This document shows positions 1 to 17,248 of a DNA stretch of 64,000 nucleotides, one piece after another (within the stretch, counting starts at the first letter, position 1; each line of letters starts with the position of its first letter). Position numbers and translations under genes: made by a program. The notes beneath the pieces are model-generated. The model saw only the letters and a program-made list of their open reading frames with translations, was not told the DNA's origin and made no database searches. The DNA is taken from assembly GCF_009914755.1 (NCBI RefSeq), contig NC_060932.1; one strand, written 5' to 3'. This stretch comes from the human T2T-CHM13v2.0 reference genome, Homo sapiens.

Positions 1-2130
1 AAATAGACTAGAAATGAGAAAGGAGATAAGGAACCACTAGAGATGACTACAGACATTACATTGGCAGAAATTTGAGACCTGAAGAAATTACATGCTTGCT
101 TAACAACATTCTGCCAAAATATCGTAACTGATATTAGAACAAGTGGAGAATTTGTGGACATTAGAGAGATATAAAGTTAACATGAAAAAGGCCACTAGGC
201 AAATGGTTCCGGAGTTGAGTTTTATCTAATCTTTAAAGAACAAATGACTCTAAGATTATTCAAATCAATAAAGAACAAAGTTCCACATGTGATTTATACA
301 GCCATCATTACAAACAAACCTGAAAAGGAAAAACAAATATGACACTATGAATCAATCTTTTTATTACTAAGGTTATAAAAATTCAAAGGAAAAACTTAGT
401 AAATGGAATCTTGCAATGTATTATAAGAATAATACACTATGAGCAAGCAGTTTCTCTTAAAGAATGCAAGGGTGGTTCAAGATCAGGAAATTCATCAATA
501 TAATCAACTGAATTAATAAGTTAAAAGAGAAAAAGCATATCATGTGACAAAATGCAGTTATTAAATACTGCAGCCATTGCTAATAAAAAATTTAATAAAA
601 AGAAATAAAAGAACAACTTACATATAATAAAAACTATCAAAAACTGAAGACAAATATCTAAAATGGGGGCACTACAATCATTTTAATTAAAATTAGAAAC
701 TATTAAGAATTTCTACTATGATATTACTATCATTGTCTTTGAGGCTTTAGAGAATGCAATATACCAAAAAATATATAATATAAATACTTAAAAAGAAGAG
801 CTACTTTTATTTCTTATTCCTGACGTTATTACGTACCTAGAAAGTCAAAAAATATTGAGAAAAAAGCAGAATTCTTAAGAGAATTTCATAATGTGAAAAA
901 ACACAAGATAAATATCCCCAATTAATAGCTTTTATATACCCTGGCATAAAATTTTAAAAGTGAAAATGGAAAGGTATTCCATTTATAATAGATACCAAAA
1001 ACCTTCTATAATATTAAAAATATTAAGAATGTTGTTAATATTCAATAATTCAAATTTAATTAAATTAACAAAATTGATAATTGAAATGTAATATTAAATA
1101 TTAAAATATTCTTAAAATATTGATTAAAATATTAAATGATATATTTCCACAATTATATATAAGTTCAATGAAGTGTCAATGAGCATTTTCAGAGACTCAT
1201 TTGAAAATGTATAAAATGATAAAAGTTCACGGTGGATAATAAATATCTTAGAAAAGATAATAAAGTTATGAAGATAAAAAAATTGAGAGCGGACTTACTT
1301 ACCAGATATTGGAACGCACTATATGTTCATCACATCAGTGTGGTACGGTAGTCACCCTTTATCCACAGTTTCAGTTTCCATGGTTTGTTACCTGCCATCA
1401 ACCCTGTGCCGAAAATACTAAACGGAAAATTCCAGAAATAAACAATGCGTAAGTTTTAACTTGCCTGCAGTTCTGAGTAGTGTGATGAAATCTTGGGCCG
1501 TCAGGTTCCGTCCCTCTCAGGACATGAATCTTCCCTTTGTCCAGCAGATCCACGCTGTAACAGCTTTTCACCTGTGAGTCACTTAGCCGCCCTTTCTGCG
1601 ATCACATCGACTTTCTGGTATGGCAGTGCTTGTGTTCAAGGAACAGTTACTTTATCTAATAAAAGTCCCAAAGTACAAGAGTAGTGTTGCTGGCGATTAA
1701 GCTATGCCAAAGAGAAACAGTAAAGTGTTTCCTTCAAGTAAAAAGGTGAAAGTTCTCCACTTAATAAGAAAAGAAAAAAAATTGTATACTGAGGTCGCTA
1801 AGATCTATGGTAAGAATGAAACTATCTGTGAAATCATGAAGAAGGAAAAATAAATTTGTGCTAGTTTTTGCACCTCAAAATGCAAAAGTTACAGCCCAAT
1901 GCTTGTCAAGCAGTTAGTTAAGTTGGAAAAAGTACTAAATTTGTAAGTGGAAGACCTGAACAGAAACGTGTATGGATTGATGGCAATCAGGTTTGGTGCT
2001 GTCTATGGTTTCAAGCATCCACTGGAGGGGTTGGAACCTATCCCCTATGAATAAGGGGGGAGCTACTGTATTAGGATAGCAATAGATAAATACATCACAC
2101 AAATAAATAATTCAGAATTAGATCCTATGC
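1..2130 (+). mobile_element. Old L1 (L1M-type) ORF2 relic, interrupted by MER44
   Basis: A-rich sequence with recognisable ORF2 motifs (gaatgcaagggtggttcaa..., ggacttacttaccagatatt...). L1 similarity resumes after 2070. Confidence 0.75.
1346..2068 (+). mobile_element. MER44 (Tigger7-derived, TcMar) DNA transposon
   Basis: Ends cggtagtcaccctttatcc... and ...ataagggggg-agctactg form TIRs, flanked by TA. Internal ggaaaattccagaaataaacaat is typical of MER44. Confidence 0.85.
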
Positions 2131-2335
2131 ATTTCCTTTTTCTGGTGTTTAAATTTATGGCAGATTTCCTTACTCTTTAGTGGTCATTCTCCTGAAAACT
2201 AGCTTTGTCTTCATGAATAATGTTGGCACTATTTGCAATTCTACATTCAGGGTTCTCATTTAGGAAGACAAATTCCCCGCCCCAACCCCTTCTGTTGAAA
2301 CCTATGGATCAGCCATGGATAAATATGAGAGGACA

Positions 2336-2621
2336 GGCCGGGTGCAGTGGCTCACGCCTGTAATCCCGACACTTTGGGAGGCCGAGGTGGGCAGATTGCT
2401 TGAGGTCAGGAGTTCAAGATTAGCCTGGTCAATATGGTGAAACCCCATCTCTACCAAAAATGCAAAAATTAGCTGGGTGTGATGGCATGCGCCATTGGTC
2501 TCCGCTACTCAGGAGGCTGAGGCCAGAGAACCGCTTGAACTCAGGAGGCAGAGGTTGCAATGAGTCGAGGTTGCCCACTGCACTCCAGCCTGGGTGACAG
2601 AGTGAGACTCCGTCTCAAAAA

Positions 2622-2664
<43 letters not shown>
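2336..2664 (+). mobile_element. Alu (AluS/J type) with (TAAA)n tail
   Basis: Full dimeric Alu, ggccgggtgcagtggctcacgcc...gagactccgtctcaaaa, followed by a (TAAA)n microsatellite. Confidence 0.97.
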
Positions 2665-3499
2665 GAGAGGCTAACTTAATATAATTGACCTTGAATTTAG
2701 GTTTGCAATTTTGAAGCTATAGATTTAAATGCTAAAGAGAAAATACAGATAATCACATCCATTTGGAGAAAATATGTAATCTTAGATCAAGCTTCATTGT
2801 TTAGAGCCACACTATCATCAGGATATATGACTCACATCTTTATGGCTAAACAAATAACCTTTCATTAAATCTAAAGTGAGTAGTACCATGCAATCAAGGG
2901 CTGTGAAGAGTTTATTTTCTTGGCTCTTTTTGTTGTTCTTTTATAACACATTTGTGTCCAGTTTTATTGTTCAAAACATCTTCAGGAGACATTATTTTAA
3001 ACAAAATTTATTGTAATATGGTGATTTAAGTCATCTAGCCATTAGATCTATTTTAAAATTTTGTAAAGGAAACACTGTTTTAGCAAAATTAAATAGAGAA
3101 AATTGTGGCAAAACGTGCAGCAATAATTTATTTTTGCAAAACAAAAAGCGTAGAACTGCTCTCTAATTACTAGCCTTTGAGGCATTTACAGCTAAATTAA
3201 AATCATCATTAGCTGTTAAGTGTGTTTGCTTTGATTAGTTCCTGTTTTATGAGGTTTTAGGCAGAAGTAATTTTGTGGTATTATTAATGAATTTAATGTT
3301 AAGTGGAAAAAAACTTTTGTTATCTGACAAGTACCAGCTCTGGAATTAACAGTTTAAATTTTGTCAAAAGTCAGAGATGCTTTCTAACATATTTGCCAAG
3401 TATTAAAAATGATTATTTTTTTAAAGTTATCTTAAAAGCTAGTGTAATGGAAAAAAAGAAAATGCCAGTCTTATTCCCTTAACCATTATATCTCAATGT

Positions 3500-3720
3500 T
3501 ATAAGGTAGAAAAGCACGGACTTTTAATATAGTCCTGTTCAAAACCACAATTCACCACTCTGACAATTTGGACCAATAACTTAGCCAACCTACACTCAAT
3601 GTTCTTCATCTATAAAAACGGGAATATTAACATCTTTTCCAAAAAAATAGCTTTAAAGATTAAATAAAATAGTGAATGTTAAGTAGTATAGTGTCTGTGG
3701 TACATGCACTCAGTTAAGAG
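3500..3720 (+). mobile_element. MIR fragment
   Basis: ttcttcatctataaaaacgggaata...gattaaataaaata resembles the MIR core. Confidence 0.55.
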
Positions 3721-4049
3721 TTAATCTCTTTTTCCTTTCCTTTCCACTTGATCTTGTGTGTCTAAAGATATTAGAAAACTAATTCCAAGCATCTATCCAA
3801 AGATAAATGGAGGGATTTAGCATATTCATGTTATTATTGCATATGAATTTTGGAAAGAGAAATAATCCGAGTGTATGTGAGCTTCCTGTTTTAAACAGAT
3901 AGTGACAGGAAAAATAAAAGTATATTTTCAACAATTTTGTATCAATGGGAAGATGGTTCTTTTTAAATATAATTTTGTGATTTCTGAGAGCAGTTGAAAA
4001 TATTTAAACCCTGCTCGTTTCATTTGCGACTAAAACCAGTAATTTAACT

Positions 4050-4545
4050 TAATTGCTCCATGGGTCCAGATGTTAAGAGCTAGATGGAGTTAGTTAGAAT
4101 AGAAACAAACAGAAATTTTTTTAAATGGAGGGAGGAATTAAGAGTTGGCCAAGGCTGCATTATTGCATTTTTGTGGTTCCAACATCATCAAAGTGTTTCG
4201 TCATACTCTACAAATTTAGTGTCTATGACTCCCACAGATCATCACTATATTCATCAAGGTTAATTCTCAGAATGTTTATGTCATTTTAGACATTTATAAC
4301 TTATTCTAAACATATTTCCAGCAATTAAATCACAACCACTGCTATGATCTGAGGAAAATATGGATTTTTGTGTATGGCAATGAGAGGATATTTTGATGCT
4401 ACAAAATTCTTTCTCTGGAAGTCTTCTAACCTCTCTGCATACTGTGGCATGCTTAATTGTGAGACAGAAATAATCACACATATTTCCCAAAGTATGCATC
4501 AAGTAAAAAGATAATGAAAAAAATGCACATTTGTGTTGTCATTAT
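4050..4545 (-). repeat. Left arm of an old ~500-bp inverted duplication
   Basis: Reverse complement of 6325-6796; paralogous peptides appear in the ORF track (4281..4502 minus and 6340..6522 plus). Confidence 0.9.
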
Positions 4546-5881
4546 TTTGATCTACTTATTTGTGAAAGAGCAGCATGATCAGAAAATGACCAGAAAAAGA
4601 TTATGGGTAGGAATAAGTCGCAATATTTCATCATAAAAGATAAATTGCTATTAATATTTAAATTATGCATCAGGATATGAAAGGTTCCTGCAAGTTCCAT
4701 AGGACCAGCACTGGTTTGCAAACTGGCCAGGGTAAAATTAATGACAGGTGGAAACCATTTTATAGCCCTATTGGCATTCACTCTGATATGATACCACTGC
4801 CTTTTGGATGAGAAATGTTGAGAAGCAGCTCTCCATCATAAGCTCTGTACAGAATTTACATTAAGTTGTTTTTCATAAAGTTCTTTTTAAAGTTGTTCCT
4901 TTATTTAGAAGAGAACAAGCAGTTAAGCTATTGTGGGGGCATACAGGTTTGTGTGAGTGTGAAAGCATGGTGTTTGTGTAAAAATGTTTCATTAGAAGGA
5001 TGTAGTCAGTGGAGTTAATTCACATGCCATATACTACTGCTGGACAGAGTTTGCTCTGGTATAACTCAAGAGTTGAAGTTGAGAAATCTCAAGTTATTAA
5101 AAATTTGAGCCATAAAAGAAATTTTAATGAAAAAACATGTGAGTTGGACTAGAGACCAGCAAATCTGCAATAAAAGTTATTTTTCCTCCAAGAATGTTTA
5201 ATAATAACTGTTTTTAAAAGTTGTAAGCGTATAAAAACCTAAATATCACTGAGATAATCTACCATTTGATTAGCAAATTCAGTATTTGCTAAATTGCAAT
5301 CAATCACCAGAACACAAGGATTAGCCCAGTGATTCTTATACAAATTCATTGTATGTTTATCACCCATTTTCATGATGGAGCATAAAATTGAAATAAGATA
5401 GCAAAAAGGCACCAAATCAAAATAAATTGCATAATGATTAGCAACAGACTGTGATAAGCAAAAGACAGCAACATCAACTGAGATCTAGCACCTCAGAAAA
5501 AGCACTGTTTTGTTTCTCTGCTATGTAACACAGAGGCGGTACCAGGCAGCCTTACTATCCATCAAGATCACGTCCTGCCCCTAAGCAATCTATATGATGC
5601 AAACCGATTTCACTAACAAATGCTCAATTCATACTTACACACAAATACCCCATTCGCAGTTTTAAAACTTTCTTAAAAGAAATGACCTTATTGACTAGTC
5701 TCTATTGACATTCATGTGTATGAGTTGCAAGAATCAGGAAAATAAAATCTAGTTATGTCAGAGCATTTCCTATAATTTCCTTGTAAAAGTTCTTTCTCTT
5801 TGAAAATATTTAATTTTGTTAGTCTATGGACAAATGACTTGGCCCTCATTGATTTATTCTAAACTATTCTATATAAAATAG

Positions 5882-6324
5882 TGATGCACAATTTCTGCTC
5901 CTTAGTTCACCTAAAACTGGGTTCTTGTCACACAACCAGGAAAGATTAGGCACACAGACACGTTGAAAGGTGAGGAGAGAGGAATTTATTAAAAGAAAGC
6001 TCTCAGTGAAAAAAGAAGAGGTCCTGCTAATAGGCTCCCACCTCATAGATTGAATACTAGGCCACCACACTCATGAGCTGAAGAAGCCAGGCTCCTCCCC
6101 ACTGCACAAGGTACGAACTGCTCGTGACTCCACCATGTTCCCCCAGTGTGCATGTGGGCATTATTCAGAAAGAATCAGTCCGGAAACGGTGGCCAAACAG
6201 GGGCAGTTCTCCCTCTGAGTTGCCTGTTTCCTGGGACCAGCAGTCCAGTCTTTCAGCCTTCAGGCTGTTTTAGGCATGAAGGTGAGGTTTCCAGGGGAAC
6301 ATTGACTGTCTCCTGTCTCTATCA
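5882..6324 (-). mobile_element. ERV1 solo LTR, MER50-like
   Basis: Minus strand begins tgatagagacaggagacag...cctaaaacagcctgaaggctgaaa and ends ...tgcatca; 4-bp TSD ATAG on both sides. Confidence 0.8.
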
Positions 6325-6796
6325 ATAGTATCACAAATCATGAATTTTTTTTTCGTTCAAACTTTGGGAAGTAGGTATGATTATCTCTATGTTATAATTA
6401 AGTATGCCACAGTTTTCAGAGAGGTTAGAAGACTCCAAGAGAAAGAATTCTGCAGCACCAAAATTTCGTCTCATTGTTATACACAAAAATACATGTTTTC
6501 CCCATATCATAGCTATGGTTGAGATTTAATTTTTCATGCTGGAAATATTTTTTGAATAAATTATAAACGTTCAGTATAATTTCAACATTCTGAGGGTTAA
6601 CCTTGATGAACATAGGGATGATTTAAGAGAGTCAAAAATGCTACATTTGTTGACTATGACGAACCACTTTGATGGTGTTGGAGCCACAGCATTGCAATGA
6701 TGCAGCCTTGGTTCCCTCCTGATTCCCTTTTTGTTTCTTCTTTACATTTCAACTATCTCCATGTACCTCTTAACGTCTGGACCCGTGGAGCAATTC
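6325..6796 (+). repeat. Right arm of the inverted duplication
   Basis: For example gagaggttagaagactccaagagaaagaatt versus aattctttctctggaagtcttctaacctctc, and cccgtggagcaatt versus aattgctccatggg. Confidence 0.9.
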
Positions 6797-7889
6797 TAAA
6801 GTTTTTAATAGAAAACTATGGTAAATACAATACTGTCAGTCAAATGATATTTTTAAAATCCAAAACTCTCTTTTGCCACTAAATTTAACAGTGATATTGT
6901 ACTTGATGACTGTAATTATGATTGTGAGTCTCTGACAAATCTTGAGGATTATTTTGAATTAACCAAAGGGGAAGAATTCCTGAATTTTTTCAACTATAAT
7001 GCTTAATTGTTAGCCCATGTAAAGTTTTGGTTTGGTAACTCTTCATGATAATACTACGCTCTCAGTAGAAAGAAAATTTACTTATTTCCTAGCTAATTTA
7101 TTTCTTTCCTTCAACTTAACATAGAGAATAGTAACAACCAAAAAGCTTTCCTTAACCATGAAACAAGGCTAAATAAGGTCTATTTAGTTAATTGTTCTAA
7201 ATTGTCATTCATATGAGCAAAGAATGAACAGGAGTGAGATGTTACATTCTGGGGATACTGTATTTCCTCGACATAAACCAGAAACTGAAATAATATTATG
7301 AAAATTAATCACAACAAGTAGTGTTGTATTTTTATGGTTATCATCTTGTACCTTTGAATAACTTTGGTACTCTTGGTTTTGCTTCAGAGCCTTTCAACTC
7401 CAGAAGGAAATTGTGTCCTCAAAACTAATGTGTAATATAAGGAAGTCTCATAGCAGTATGTTACAGACAGAATTAGCCATGTAGACAACATATGCTAGTG
7501 ACTATATATATGGGAAAATTTAGAAACAATAATTTTAGATCACTTGGAAGTACATAAAATGTAAAACTGTAATGTATCCTATAATTAAATTGTATTTGTT
7601 AAATTAATAAGGAAACTTAGTCATGGTCAAATGACTATGTTTTTGTTTAACATGCATAAGAATCAAGATTCAGTGAGTAGTTTTTAAAATTAGAATTGTT
7701 TTAGCTAATATAGTTTCCTTAGTTCTATTTTTTACTAACACAAATTATCATGGCAAAATACTATTGATCTTTAAAAAACAGCTTGCAAAGATTGAGTTAT
7801 GTCTCATTTATTTGTAAGATTCCATATTTCTTTAAAAATTGCAAGGCTTATATAATGGTAATAGGCAAACTTGGTTTTCCATGCATTAT

Positions 7890-8030
7890 CTTATTTTCCC
7901 CAAAATTCTATGGAGTTGGCACTCTTACCTCATTTTAAAGATGAGGTATCTGTGACTCAGAGAGGTTAAGTTAATGGTCAGTTTTATCAACAAGTTGTAG
8001 AGTTGGGATTTAAATCATACTGTACTTTTG
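7890..8030 (-). mobile_element. MIR fragment
   Basis: cattttaaagatgaggtatctgtgactcagagaggttaag is the antisense MIR core. Confidence 0.7.
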
Positions 8031-8834
8031 TAGGTATAACACTTATCAATTAAAATTCGTATGCCTCCCCTTCATTTCTTTCCCTTGATTTTATTGTATT
8101 ACATATTTTTAAGTATAGAAAAATAGAAAAATAACATAACAGCTACCTATTTCATCCCCAACTCTGATTTCACAAATACTGACATTTTGTCATGTTTTTG
8201 TTGTTGCTGTTGTTTTGTTGTTTGCCTTTTGGAAGTAAAATGTACTAAATGGAGCTAAGTCAAGCAGCAGCAGGACATAGTGTGAAGCTGCTCATCTCGT
8301 CTCTCTGTTCCCACAGCTACAATCCTCTGTTAGTTTCCTAGACCCTTTCTTCTGGACTACATCAACAAACTCACGTGCACTCTCCCTTGCTCCAGTCTGC
8401 CTTTGATCAAGTCTCTTGCTTATACAACTGGTATGATAATATTCTCCAAACATTGCATTCCTCCTGTCAAACTCCTTTTCAATAATACACAGAGCCTCAT
8501 TGTTATCTGTGTTATCAAACATTTAGCACTCAAAAACCCACATCACAGGGGTCCTTTTTTTTTTCTTTTTAACACTTTTCCCCTATAGACCCGTCCTTTT
8601 TATATGATATAGTGTCCCTTTATACCTTACAACATCCCATGGCTTCATCTGGTTTGTGGTTGTGGTTTTGACCAAACCATGCTCTTGGTTTTCTTGCCAA
8701 CTTTATTAAAAATAAGCCTCTTCCAGAAGGTATTATCTCCTTCACTCCATTGTTTCTCTTCTGGGTATGGCTTTAGTATTCACGGATTTAGTTTGTAAAA
8801 ATACATACCATTTAACACTTTTCTTGGTTCTGAT

Positions 8835-9970
8835 ACCTCTTGGTTCAAGATGGTGGCCTGAGAACATTTATATGCCTCCTGGCTCTTAAAAAATATCACT
8901 AGAATGAAAATAAATGTATACAAAAGTGAATAAACCCATAATAGCAAGATAATAGGAGTAAGGGCCAACAGTGAACTAAGGCTATTAATACAATTCTGGC
9001 AGACAAAAAGCAGATGTGTGTGGTGACAAGGGAGACAAAGCAGAAATAACTACAAGCCAGAATAACAGAGACTCTGTTTAAAAAGCCATATCTGGGGCAA
9101 TTTTCTGGGGGCTCCAGGAAGAGGCGCCGCATAGCGTCAGCAAGGACTCAAAAGGAGCACTTCCCAGTGAAGCAAAAGAGTGGCGTAATAATTGGAGAAC
9201 CCTCACGACGTGTCAGCCCCACCACGGCCCCATAAATGTAGCATGAGTGCGAGCTTGAAATTTGTAACATGAGATGAAAACTGGAGAAGCATCCCTAAAA
9301 TATATGAACCAATCTGCCTAGAAATAGCTAGGAATCTGGTGAGTTGAACCTACCAGAGTACAGACCTTCTTATTCTGTTTTGAGGTGCTCCTGCTTGCAC
9401 CTGCAAGCTTCCGCGTGTCATATTTTAAAGTAAAATATGCCAATTGATATAGTCATCATGTACCCAAAGAGTCAAAGAAGTTTATAGCCATAAAATAGAA
9501 ACAGACTTCTATGACAAAAAGGAAAGATCATAGAATAAGAAAAAGTTTTTAAAAATTAAAAGAATATAACTGCCAGGAATTTAAAAAATTATGGTAGTGT
9601 CCAGAGCTATGAGTGACGCTATCTTCAGATTTTAAACACAAACATGCAGATTGAAAATATCAAAAGAAATTGAGTGTTTTGAGGCAAAGTTGAGTAAGAA
9701 GGGAATTGAGAGATGCATAAAAGAAGCGAGATAAAGTCCTTTGGATTAAAAGGCTGCTAGATAGTTAAACAGAATAAAAAACAAAATCCATTCTCAGAAG
9801 TATTTTTGTGAAAGTTCAGATTCCCAAGGATAAAGAGCAGATTCTATAAGTTTCCTGTAAGGAAAAAAACAACAAAATAAAAGATTTTATACAAAAGAAT
9901 ACTCAAATGGGCAACAGAGTTCTCGTCAGCCTTACTTGTTGCCAGAAGGGAATGGTGTCATGCTCTCACA
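8835..9970 (+). mobile_element. Old L1/HAL1 5'UTR-ORF1 relic
   Basis: Start tcaagatggtggcctgag and ORF1-like gataaagagcagattctataagtttcc...gccagaagggaatgg. Confidence 0.5.
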
Positions 9971-10205
9971 GAAAGGGAAGACTGCTGTGTGGCCCTCACC
10001 TGAATTCCCGTCTATAGTTTATGGGACCTCATATGTGGTTAATATTTGTTAACTTGAGCAAGGAAATGAAGATAAAGGAGAAATTTCTCCCACCAGAATA
10101 ACCCTTCAGCTCCTCTATCTAAAACACCATTGCATTTGTTAGTGGGGTTTGGAATCAGCACTACTGATTTCCTTCATTTGAACTACTATTTTTAAACATA
10201 GTGCA

Positions 10206-10493
10206 GCCAGGCGCAGTGGCTCACGCCTGTAATCCCAACACTTTGGGAGGCCGAGGCAGGCAGATTACCTGAGGTCAGCAGTTTGAGACCAGCCTGGCCA
10301 ACATGGTGAAACCCCGTCTCTACTAAAAATACAAAGATTAGCCGGACGTGGTGGCACACGCCTATAATCTCAGCTACTCGGGAGGCTGAGGCAGGAGAAT
10401 TGCTTGAGCCTGGGAGACGCAGGTTGCACTGAACCAAGACTGTGCCACTGCACTCCAGCCTGGCTGACAGAGCGAGACTCTGTCTCAAAAAAA

Positions 10494-10536
<43 letters not shown>

Positions 10537-10545
10537 AAAATAAAA
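10206..10545 (+). mobile_element. AluS with (AAAT)n tail
   Basis: Full dimeric Alu followed by an AAAT microsatellite. Confidence 0.97.
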
Positions 10546-10609
10546 CCCTTAACAATGCACCTTGGGGGTCTTTTCCTCTCAGCACATAGAGCTGGACCCC
10601 AATCTTTTT

Positions 10610-11515
10610 TTTTCCAACTTTGTTGTGATACTATTGCCATACCATATAGTTCTCCCAATTAAAGTATAAAATTCAATTATTTTTAGTATAATATCAGATA
10701 AGTGCTACCATCACCACAGTCAATTTTAGAACATCTTCACTACCTCAAAACGAAACCCCATATGATTTAGCTAAAAGCCCCTTATCCCTAGTTCTCACCA
10801 CCATAACCCTAAGCAAACACTTACCTATTTTCTGCCCGATAGGTTTCTTTATTCACATGAGTGAGATCATACAATATGTGGCCTTTGTAACTAACTTCTT
10901 TCATGTAGCATAACGTTTTCAAGGTTCATCCAAGTTGTAGCACTATCAGCATTCCATTTCTTTTCATGGCTGCATAATATTCCATTGTATGAATATGCCA
11001 TGTTTTGTTTATTCATCCACCAGTTGAACATTTAGAGTGCTTCTACCTTTTGACTATTAGGATTAATGCTGCTATGAACATTCATGTACAAGGTTCTGTG
11101 TGGACATATGTTTTCACTTATTTTGGTATATACCTGAGAGTGGAATTGCTGGGTCACATGGTAACTGTGTATTTAATCATTTGAACAACTGCCAGACTGT
11201 TTCCCAAAGTAATGGTACCACTTTACATTCACACTAGCAGGGTCAGTGTATGAGGGTTTCTGTTTCTCCACATCCTTGCCAGCACTCATTACCTGGCTTT
11301 TTGATTCTAGCCCTATTAGTGTATGTGAAGTGCTACTTCATGGTAGTTTTCATTTGCAATTGTTTGATGACTAATGATATCAAGAATTTTTTCATGTGCT
11401 TCTTGGTCATTTGAACATCTTTCTTGGAGAAATGTCTGTTTTTATCCCTTGGCCATTTTTAAGTTGGGTTATTTCTCTTTTTATTATTGAGTTGTAAGAG
11501 TTTATATATTCTGAC
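10610..11515 (-). mobile_element. L1MB-type 3' end
   Basis: Antisense L1 3' motifs: caaggttcatccaagttgtagc, gagtggaattgctgggtcacatggtaac, ggagaaatgtctgt. Confidence 0.85.
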
Positions 11516-13858
11516 CTAATATCTTTGGGTACTCATTTTCCAGACTCCTACATGGTTCCAATGTTGAGGCTTTTTGCAATGCTGTAACCTACATTCTTTA
11601 TTTTCAGTTAACAGTGTGTGTATGATTGCAGGTTTCTGATATCATGTTAGTTTACTTTATATGAAATCCTGTAGATCTTTGATATTTGTGAAGGACATAT
11701 CTTGAGACCGTATTGAACCCATGAGTTTCTATAGGTATAAACGTTTAAAATCTTGACACTTTCTCAAATCACATTTCAGCATGGAGTCCTGCATTTGTTG
11801 GGATATCATCAGCCCAGCAGTTAATTGCCTATTAATGAATTGTTATTCATCACTAACAGAGAGAATGTACACTGGTAGGGAAATCACTGACATTTTTATT
11901 AATTGCCTTTCAAAAATTTATGTAGAGCGTATATAGTGGACTCACTTATGTCATATATCAGGTTAATTTAAGTAGTGAATTATCAAAATATTTTTTGTGG
12001 TTATTTTCATGACCTTCTTAGATTTTTTAGTGTTACTTTATTTCTTTCACAACACTAGCAGTTATTTATTTTTGTGATCACTTTACACTGACACACACAC
12101 ACACAATAACAAAAGTCACCTTATGTATGCATGCTGAGGATTATAGAATCAAAAACCTACACAGGGTTGTGGATGCTGACTATTTAGGTTTCCTTGTGCC
12201 CTCTTCTTACCCCTTAGCTGATTTGCATCTGTACAGCAGCCTTACAACCTGTGCAATTCAAAATTTTCAATTGGAAAAATTACCTATCACTGCATGTCAT
12301 GCACTTTTGAATTTGCTCTAAAATAGTCAATATGGTAGATGTAAAATCTATTCACCCTAAAGATCTTTTGAATAAAAGCCTAAGAAGAGTGAGAAATAAT
12401 ACTATCTTACTTTCCCTCATTCAGAGTTGTTCAGTAAGCAGAGCTTTTCCACAGAAAGTGATCAAGACGGTGAAGTTCTCAAAATCAAGAGAAATAGTTG
12501 AAGGATCTGGGATAAGATTATCCAAAGAGATTTGAAAACTCTTCAAATAGAAAAAGTACTTCCATATGGAAAAATGATTATAGCTTGCTAGTTTAACCAC
12601 AGAGGGTAGAACTAGGACAGACAAATATAACTTTTGGAGAATTCAGTTCAAAGAAGTACTTTCTAAGAATTAGAACTGAACATTCTTGGAATAGGATGTC
12701 ATAATAGGTAGAGAATTTTATCAACTTGGACACATTCAACTGAAAATTGGTCAATCCCTTTATCAGATAATGGTTGTGGTGCTGAGGCAGTGTTAGAATA
12801 GATATCCTTCCAGGTTTTTCTCATACCACAGATTCTATTCTAAGTTCATACATGTTATAAAACATTTAGGACTTAATTTAATAATTACCAGAGGGCTGAA
12901 TGTTATTCTTTTGTAATGACATTAAAATTTTACTGTAGCAAGAAATATTAGAATTTATATTCTAATCTCCTGGTCCCTTCTGACTTTAGAATGTTATTGG
13001 CAAAAGGGGAGGGGATAGTTTTGCTATTCATCATTCTAGAGATGCAAAATTAAGCTATAATTGTCTTAAAGTGTTCCTGCAAAATATAATTTTCTCATGA
13101 TGTTCATCTGTAATAAAATTGTTTTTTACAAAATATATAGTATATGTAACCAGTATCAACAAATTAAATGGTGTTCTAATCTAAATAGGAATAAATACAC
13201 ATTTCAAACATTCAAACTATTTTAAAATATGATAAATACAATTCACCAAAAATAAATTTATAAAAGCATACATTGATGAAAAATTTAAAACTTTTGTATA
13301 TAAGCTAATCACTCTCATTTTATTTGCCTTGTATTGGACATACATATTACTACATTACTCCCAAATATTAAAGGGCTGGTCAATATCTTTGGTCTTAGAG
13401 TTTTAGTATATATAGCATGGATAATTTAAAAATGATAATTATCTTTCCCTTACAATGCTATGATTATGCCCCTAGAAATGGACCATAAATATCACATTGG
13501 CACTTTTAAGAATAGAGATACCTATTTCCAGATAACTAAGTCCCTACTATTTGTTGAGCCATAAGTCATGTGTGACAGATAGTGTAAGAAGAGAGGGAAG
13601 AAGGTGAATGTTTACATTAAAAATCCATGGGATAACACTTAGGTAATTGTAAGAACTCAGACAAGTCATAAAACATCTCTAAACTTCAGTTTCCTACTCT
13701 CTGGTAAGGATATAGTACTCACTATATATAGTCTATGATAATTACAACAACCTTATATGGCAAGTACTATTATACCCACATTGCATATAATACAATTTTA
13801 CCAATGTGCTAGACCAAATTACAGGAGCTTTTATTCAGTGACTGTTTTTATTGTAGTA

Positions 13859-16951
<3,093 letters not shown>

Positions 16952-17248
16952 CGTTGATATTATTACTTTTATTATTATTTTTAAAGAGTCTGCAATGGGA
17001 GTTGATTGCCTCTATCAACTGCCAGATCTCAAGCCCACTACACTGCAGTAGATATTTAAGACATCAGAGATAACCCACATTGGTCATACTAATTTTTCTT
17101 TTGTAAACAGGATTGTTTGAGAAAGAATTTTGATAAAACTTAAAACAATATCTTAGCCAGTTAGTATCAGCTTTTGAATGTTAATGCCCGTATGTAAAGA
17201 ACTAAAATGTCTCCAAGTCTATATTTCTTTTAGAAAGTAAGTGAGGCA

